From: Squalus acanthias
Lineage: Eukaryota
Length of the DNA: 64,000 bases
Direction of reading: 5' to 3'
Assembly: GCA_030390025.1 (NCBI GenBank)
Contig: CM059447.1
Coordinates: forward strand, 3,472,001 to 3,536,000
Part shown: positions 59,983-64,000 of the stretch, in pieces
Layout of the letters: each line of letters begins with the position of its first letter
Numbering within the stretch: position 1 is the first letter of the stretch
Notes under the pieces: model-generated
Told to the model about the DNA's origin: nothing
Seen by the model: only the letters and a program-made list of their open reading frames with translations
Database searches by the model: none
Made by a program: the position numbers and the translations under genes

Positions 59983-62900
59983 GATGCCTTGGGCTGAGTT
60001 AATCTGTGCTATGCTCCTAGTGTCTATAACTTCAGCTTGCCTTGATGATCAGGGAATGGTGTGTGGCACAGGATGCAAGATCCTGAAAGAGTGGAAGGGG
60101 GAGAAAATATTTTAGGACTTTTTTTTAATGATTGCCTAAGTTTTGGCAGAGTAGGCCAAGAGCAATGCTGAACCAATGCCAAAGTGCAGTCCAAGGGGCT
60201 GGGCAGCCCTTTTACTGACCGCAGTTAGACTGGAAGCAGGTGCTCAACCAGGAAAAATAGGTCTTCCTCCAGTTCCAGTTAATACAGGGGTCAAAATATT
60301 TCCAGTGACTGCAGATAGTCGCTGAACCCATCCTGTGTGTTTGGTAGAAATTAACTTTTTTGGAAAACAGCACCAGCCCTCAGACGGTAGGAAACAATTT
60401 AATTGAACACATACCGAACACTAGGAACCTTGGTTCTTCAAACTCTTTTTTAAGTTTAGTGCCATACTGCTGTATTTCACAGGATACATTCCTGAATTAT
60501 ATAAAGCTGTTTAATGACATTCCGTCTGTGGTCGAAAGTTTTTTTTATGGGCCATCTTGGGCACTTAGCTTTGCTATCTTAACAAATCTAAGACTCTTTC
60601 TGAAGCAACAGCCCTTGGGTTGAACTCAAAAGTGCAGTGTTGGGGGAAAAAAAATTATATGACTGCACATTTTACTGTCCTGTAGTATTATTAAAATGTC
60701 AGGCATCCAACATATCCATTAAAGTCATGGAAAAAAATTGTCTTCGCAGAGAAATCACACCTAGGATGCTTCCAGCGGCAAAAGGATGGCAGTCTCTGGG
60801 ATTCCCTGTGGAGCTGCTGGCTGACACTTCTGTAGCTGTTTTTAGATTTGTTTTTAAAATGCATGGTGTAGATGAGAGGGATTTATATTTTAAGTACTTA
60901 CCACACCCTCACACTCTTAAGCATCCTTAAGTTGTCAGTAATATTATTTTGGGAATTGCATGATGTTGCCTGGTTTTGAATTCTTCTGATATATTGCCAC
61001 CATTTATTTTCAGTACGCTGAAGTTGATGAGGCAGAAAAGATTTGAAACTGAATGCCATTGTAATTTTAAACCGAATCTATTTGGAGTAATGTCTGGCTC
61101 TGTTGTAGACTAATTGATAGAGATTGATTGCTATGATTAGTCAACAACTCCATTATCGTTGTATCATGTGACTACCAGGATGGTCAAAGGCAAAGTAGAT
61201 GAGCCTTGGTGTTTTTTCGCCTAACAATTCCTATGTTCCGAATAAGCATTTATAAAAAAAAAAAAAATATTTCCACTGCTGTGGTTAATTATATGTTATA
61301 ATTCATTCAAAGGAAGTCTTACCACAATTTTGGTTTTTGGGGATGGGAGAAGAGAAGACAGGCCTAAGTTACTGGAACAGCCAGGCGAGACAATTCTGCT
61401 CTCGTCAGGCATGTTGCCTGCTGTGGTATATTTGTGGTTAAACTTTTACAGTGTATTATAAATATTTTTACCATTTTAAAACAACCACCAAAGTTCTCTC
61501 TGTGCTATGACCAATCTCTATCCAAGGAGGAGAAGGTATGTGACCTTTTTGTATGCCACTAGGAAGTGCACAAAGGCAACTCTGGGTGACTCGCTTGCTA
61601 ATATTTCCCTCCCTGCCCTATGTTTGGGGGTGGTGAGTCTGTTGCATATAATCTCCTGATTGTTTAGTTTGAAATTAGGAACGCACTAAATTGGGGAATT
61701 GAGAGTGGTGGCCCACATCTGTGTCAATATTCCAATGCTGTATTCCACTGGATTACCTTTTTTCTCAACCTTTGCCTGTTGGGCATTAATGTGCTAAAAT
61801 GTGGAGATAGGGTTTTGCACTGGAGTGCAAGGTGAAGGTTTTGTGTTGTTCTCCACATCCTGAATAACTGATCAACCAGTGGTGCCAAATGGAAGCCAGG
61901 AGTTTCCCTAAAGGAAGGGAGGGAAAATAGGAGAACATGTTGAAATGGGCAGCTCTTGCGCACTTTCGAGCAGTTGGCTATAGAGTAACATTGGCAGAGG
62001 CAGAGGAGCAGGTTTCCTGCCTGGCCGGACTGTCGGGTGGTGTAAACCCATGGAAAGAAAAATAATCTCTTGCTTGTATAAAGAAAAGTATAAGATGGAG
62101 ACCCTGTTACCACACCACCGGTCACACAGCATTGCATCTATCTCTGTGTGAAGTGTATTGTGAGATGTTTAACTAGGCAACAGTACTCTTCAATTGAACA
62201 CCGTAATGTTTTATCGTTTTTTATGCTTGGGGTTTGGGGGGAAATCATTACTTAGTTTTTTAGTTTTTATTCAGTTCATGGAAAATTGAACATTAATGGT
62301 TCTTTGAAAAAAAAATTTGCAAACTCGTAGACATTCTCAGTCACAGAAATTGACTTAATTGAAGCTGATGTGCTTACTTGAAATTAGAATGCCATTCACA
62401 CTTTTTTTAAAAGAACAGCCATCAGCATTAATCAAGAAACCATTGCAAGAGTCTGCCCCTTTTCCTGCTTAACATTTTACTAACATTCAAATTAGACTGT
62501 TAAAATAGTGTTTCTTCTGAGCACACAATTTGACAGATTGTGAAAGTGTTTGGGTACTTTTTTCATCAGTTAAAACTGATTGTTGTAAGCCCTAATTATT
62601 CGACTACATAGCATGTAACTCTAATGCTTAGTAATATGCTGCTTATAATGTACTACTGTATGCTGTTAGAAGATTGGAGACTAGTATTTTTGTCTGAAAC
62701 AGTTTCATTCCAGTCATAAGTGTAATTGGAATGCAGTCGGTCTCTGGAGGAGGGAAGGGGAATCTGGCAACAAGAGTAGTTGAGAGCATTATTCAGATTA
62801 GAGTGTAGCCAGCCATTCATTATTACTACACGCGTTAGTACAGTGTATCATTGTGTTTCCACAGCTGGGACTTGTTTAAATTGTCCGATTATATGATAGA

Positions 62901-64000
62901 GTAAAGGCGTGCAGCTGTTATCCAAGTTCACAAAATAAAGTAAGGTTTTAATAATTTTAATCAAATACCATTGCGGTCCATTATTAAAAGACAAAATTTT
63001 ACATCAAAATTGTTCTGGCTTTTGTGTGTGTATTTTTTTAATGAGCTGCTGAGTGTCCATGAACCTTATTGGAGCCTTGAAGACATGGGTCATCAAGCAT
63101 GATTAGAATGTCACTATGATTATGTGATGGTGTGCTAATTGTTAAAAGAAAATTCTTTTATATAAAAAAAGAGAAGATTTTTGTCTTCAACAAGCAAAGC
63201 TTAAAATTGCTTGTTGTAAAAGAAAGAAAGATTTGCATTTATATATTGCCTTTCACGACCTCAAGACATCCCAAAGCGTGTTACAGCCGATGAATTACTT
63301 TTGAAGTGTGGTCACTGTTGTAATGCAGCATTCTTAATTCTGACCTATTGATTGTCAAAATCTCTTTCAAACTTATCTGAGCATGATGAGGTACCAGTGG
63401 TGATGGGAACTGTGATTTCTTGTCCAGTTGCCTGCCTCTGGCCTACCATCGCCCCACTGTCACTCAAGTCCAAGTTAATAGTTTTGTCACCTATAAACTC
63501 TCTTTCTCCCATGTCCTCCTTGCTAGCGTCCCAAACGTCACCCTCAAAGCTCAAACTTATCCAAAACTCAGCCACCAGCGTCCTATCTTGCACTAAATCC
63601 CTCTTGCCCAGGGAAGGAAACCTGCCGTGATCCCAATCCCAACCAATGTGGTTGACTCTTAACTGCCCTCTGAGGTGGCCTAGCAAGACACTCCGTTATA
63701 TTCAAACACTACAAAGAATAATTCAGCGGATCAAGTCGAAGGTCCACCACCTTCTCCGTAACTAGGGATGGACAATAAATGCCGGCGTTGCCAAAAGACG
63801 CCCACATTCCGAGAAGGAAATTAAGCTTTTTAAATACAATCACCTTGCCCCATGCTACCTGTGCAACCTCCTCCAGCCTTGTATCCCCTCCAAATGCATT
63901 TTCCTCCTTCCCCCACCATTGGTGGCAGAGTCTTAAGCTACATTGGCCCTACTATCTGGAATTCACTGCCTGAACCCATCTCTCCACTTTCTCTGCCTTC

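Noticed and set aside
1-64000. Remaining 60-150 aa ORFs of the six-frame track
   Set aside because: Mostly non-ATG starts within repeats or AT-rich DNA, with no recognisable domains.

Overview
AT-rich vertebrate DNA, almost certainly from a cartilaginous fish (shark), judging by the HE1/V-SINE, SacSINE1/DeuSINE, CR1, L2 and Penelope repeats. It is mostly intronic or intergenic and repeat-dense, and I could not identify a host protein-coding exon with confidence. The main feature is a very young 7.34 kb endogenous retrovirus on the minus strand (35223-42562). It has two 458-bp LTRs in which I found no mismatch by eye, a 5-bp GCCGC target-site duplication, a perfect 18-nt tRNA-Ser(GCU) primer-binding site, an MLV-like polypurine tract, and open gag and pro-pol frames separated by a single in-frame UGA. 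Env appears reduced to a stop-riddled relic that keeps only an N-terminal hydrophobic segment and a membrane anchor. The provirus still shows strong splice signals, a small basic ORF, a hairpin at the start of R, a 68-bp leader tandem array with GGGGA-loop hairpins, and Gag late domains. My inference is a recently active retrovirus that has lost env, of a poorly characterised fish lineage; an RT phylogeny is needed to place it. Repeat family names come from recalled consensus sequences, not from a database search.
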